38,164 bases of DNA, taken from Ignavibacteriota bacterium (GTDB lineage: Bacteria > Bacteroidota > Ignavibacteria > UBA10030 > UBA6906). The stretch is taken from NCBI GenBank assembly GCA_031394795.1, contig JANNUB010000585.1:1-38164 (forward strand). Reading direction: 5' to 3'. Positions 35,504 to 38,164 of the stretch are shown here, piece by piece (within the stretch, counting starts at the first letter, position 1; each line of letters starts with the position of its first letter). A model generated the notes under the pieces. That model was given only the letters and a program-made list of their open reading frames with translations. It was not told the origin of the DNA and did no database searches. The translations under genes and the position numbers were made by a program.

Positions 35504-38164
35504 TCAAAAGTCAATCTTCACTTGGAAGTTTATTCTTCGTGGCGGAACTTCATACGAATACCACTCCCATTCATTCGGCTCGGAAAAATCAACGGTCTTG
35601 GGGAGTCGTTCGCTATTCGGCAGCGACGGATTTTCTAAATACCGAGTCAGCTCGTCGCCGTACAGTAGTCGTAGAAATTTCATGTCGAGCAAATTTCTTA
35701 TGTCAACACTAAGCTCGGCTTTTAGCCCGAACAAATTGAAACCCTTTGCTATTCTTAGATCGATTTGATAATAGTTGAACCATCGCTTGTTGTTCGGTTC
35801 AGTGGAGAGATCACCCGGAGCGTGATAGGTGTACTGATCCCCCGTTCGCCACCAAAAATTTGAATACACATAAAAGTCGCTGAACGGACGAACGCCAAAG
35901 ATTTCCGGACCTTCATCTTTTTTTATCGAAAAAATCGCCCAACCCTTTACACGCTGGTAATCGCCCCACGCGCCTCGTCCTTGTCGTAATCCTTTGGGAA
36001 CATCAACACTCTGAGAACCGGTTTCGTACAATCGGCTAAACCCTACTTCCCCATTGAAGGACCAATACACTTCATGACTCAATCCGAAATTAAACATACC
36101 GTCAAATCGTGAGTCTATTTTGGTTTCGATACCTCGCACATCGGAATATCCGGAGTTGCTCACCATGAGCGCCTTGGTCGCAGGATGGGTAGCAGAATAC
36201 ACACCGGTTATCACATTCGCCTCACGCGATCCATCTTTATAGTATCCTGTAAGATCGAGTTTGAGAATATCGGCTATATTATAGTCCACGCCGAGTTCAT
36301 ATTGAATGGTTCGTTCGTACCCTAGTTTTGGATTGCCGTAGTAACCCTGGTATTCATCCATATAGGTGATTTGTTTTGCATAAGGATTCAGAAGGCTATC
36401 CCTAATTTTTGTGTAATTCACAAATGGAAGCCCAAACATCTTTGTCCAAGAAGGTCTTTGATAAACGTGGCTATAGACAAAATGAAGCACCGAATTTTCA
36501 CTCATCGGGTGAGAAATACCCAGCCGCGGTGCAATGGCAACCTGCAACTTCGTGCGCTCTCGTTCCGGCGTTCCGGGAATTCCTAATGGCGCTCCCGGAT
36601 CATGCCCGGGAGTTGACACCTGAAACGCAAGTGGGTCGAACATATTTTTCGGCGCATTACGGTTTTGGTTGAAGAAATCCACTCGAATACCGAGGTTCAT
36701 AATAAGCCCCGGAGTCTCTATCTTGTCTTGCAGATAGGCATTCCCTTCGTACGGATTCCCGTTGAAAACATTCATTTCATTTATTCTGCTGCTTCTGGAT
36801 TCGGCAGCATAGTTTTCATAATTAAAATCATGCGCGTTGAATGCGAAACCTGTTTGGAAATTATGGGTTTGTGTAATCTGATTTGTATAGTCGGCTTTCA
36901 CCTGATATGATTGCGAAAAACTTTTCGTCCACGTATGATAATATCCCTGCAGCGTAAAACGCGGGTGCATCGCTACTCGATCGCTTAACCGAAGCGAGTC
37001 GGGAAGGCGATTATCTCTGTCCGACCTATCCATTCTGTCTTTGAGATAACTGAGAGTTACTTCGTAGAACGATTGTGCATTCAACACATGAGTAACTTTT
37101 CCATATAATTGAGACCATCGGCGAAGTTCGGGCCACTGGCGAAATGCCCCACCAATCAGGTTGTATTTTGCTCGCGCGTACTGCTCATCAACTCTCATCG
37201 GCGCAAGCCAAGCAGATTCTTGTCCGTATTCAGATGTATTAAAATTCGACGACGTGTAATCCGCGCTTTCGTGCCCCCCCACAAATCCGCCGATACGTAG
37301 CTTGAATTCCGGAGAAAACTTGTAGTTAATATATCCTTGAATATTAAACTCAGGGTTATACGGTATTGCCTGTGGAAAAATACCGACACTCCGCTTGTAG
37401 CGCCCTGAGAAAAGAAAACTCAATTCATCAGTTATGCTTCCGTTCAACATTCCTTCGGATTCGTACTCCAGGCGGTTGGCGTAATTGGCAAGCGTATCGT
37501 TCGGAGTGATCTGCGTACGCCACGCTGTTAAGAGAGAGTCGGGATTTTTTCTATAGAATTGGCTGTTCAGATCCTGAGATTGGCGCGTCCAATACTCTAT
37601 GCCGGTGCTGGCATAATCGTTGTTATCTTTGCTGTACATATTACGACCAAAATGGTATATACCTGCTGGTCGTATACGCGAGACAAGAGTGCCATGAATT
37701 CCTGATGGAGCTTCTTTCGAAACAATGTTCACAACAGCAGATCGTCCTTCGCCATACTCAGCATTGTATCCTCCGGTGAGAACCGATATTTGTTCAATCG
37801 CTGTTGTGTTAGACCCAGGATAATTATCAGATACTATTCCGCTATTTACGGAAAGACCGTCAATCTTATATACCGATTGCACGCCCGAACTTCCGCGGAC
37901 GTATGACTTGGTTCGGCCACGCTGCCACGCAAGGGATGAATTATCGCCAAAAAATCCAGCTTGGGTTTCGAGAATCTCTTTGATTGTTCTGACGCCGGCT
38001 TTTTCAATTGTCTGTCCCGTTACAATCTGCTCGCTTGCAGTGAGGTTCTTATCAACAACCGGTTTCTCAGCTATCACCGTGATCAACTCTCCCTCGATCA
38101 GCGCAGGAGTAAGCGCAGTATTTATGGTCGTGGTGCGGTCCACAATCACACCGACATTTGTCTT
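35504..38164 (-). CDS. TonB-dependent receptor, 5' end beyond the window
   Basis: Frame open to the window edge; VIAEKPVVD, plug motifs YVRG, IEQISVLTGGYNAEYG and AVVNIVSK; barrel motifs AYLQDKIE, APRLGISHP and YELG; C-terminal Phe. Confidence 0.9.
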   Translation of the reverse strand, partial: KTNVGVIVDRTTTINTALTPALIEGELITVIAEKPVVDKNLTASEQIVTGQTIEKAGVRTIKEILETQAGFFGDNSSLAWQRGRTKSYVRGSSGVQSVYKIDGLSVNSGIVSDNYPGSNTTAIEQISVLTGGYNAEYGEGRSAVVNIVSKEAPSGIHGTLVSRIRPAGIYHFGRNMYSKDNNDYASTGIEYWTRQSQDLNSQFYRKNPDSLLTAWRTQITPNDTLANYANRLEYESEGMLNGSITDELSFLFSGRYKRSVGIFPQAIPYNPEFNIQGYINYKFSPEFKLRIGGFVGGHESADYTSSNFNTSEYGQESAWLAPMRVDEQYARAKYNLIGGAFRQWPELRRWSQLYGKVTHVLNAQSFYEVTLSYLKDRMDRSDRDNRLPDSLRLSDRVAMHPRFTLQGYYHTWTKSFSQSYQVKADYTNQITQTHNFQTGFAFNAHDFNYENYAAESRSSRINEMNVFNGNPYEGNAYLQDKIETPGLIMNLGIRVDFFNQNRNAPKNMFDPLAFQVSTPGHDPGAPLGIPGTPERERTKLQVAIAPRLGISHPMSENSVLHFVYSHVYQRPSWTKMFGLPFVNYTKIRDSLLNPYAKQITYMDEYQGYYGNPKLGYERTIQYELGVDYNIADILKLDLTGYYKDGSREANVITGVYSATHPATKALMVSNSGYSDVRGIETKIDSRFDGMFNFGLSHEVYWSFNGEVGFSRLYETGSQSVDVPKGLRQGRGAWGDYQRVKGWAIFSIKKDEGPEIFGVRPFSDFYVYSNFWWRTGDQYTYHAPGDLSTEPNNKRWFNYYQIDLRIAKGFNLFGLKAELSVDIRNLLDMKFLRLLYGDELTRYLENPSLPNSERLPKTVDFSEPNEWEWYSYEVPPRRINFQVKIDF

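Overview
This 38-kb window is of mid-range GC and is densely coding, with every supported gene on the minus strand. T9SS-type C-terminal domains, a PorV-like gene, a TTGACA-type promoter and GGAGG ribosome-binding sites point to an Ignavibacteria/Chlorobi-like FCB-group bacterium (inference). In transcription order (right to left) it holds three blocks. (1) A large uptake/catabolic locus: TonB-dependent receptor (partial), partner protein, PorV-like barrel, LVIVD protein, three NHL-propeller genes, serine hydrolase, sugar-type ABC permeases and solute-binding protein, four tandem ADP-ribosylglycohydrolase (ARH) genes, a CitD-CitE fusion, an AT-rich VOC gene and CitF. (2) A CBM9-like/DUF5916 gene. 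(3) A LacI-headed hexuronate operon: uxaC, uxaE, exuT, mannonate oxidoreductase, gnd and a LarA-family gene that the ORF track missed. The best candidate for an undescribed system is the receptor-ABC-4xARH-citrate-lyase-like locus, which may catabolise an alpha-ribosylated substrate. Two adjacent NHL genes carry exactly complementary parts of one six-blade propeller (blades 1-5 plus a hydrolase; blade 6 plus the secretion domain). Small palindromic REP/MITE-like elements are inserted in frame into genes, supply stop codons, or are nested inside each other. No rRNA, tRNA, CRISPR array, integrase or transposase was recognised. Family assignments come from motif recognition by eye, not from database searches.
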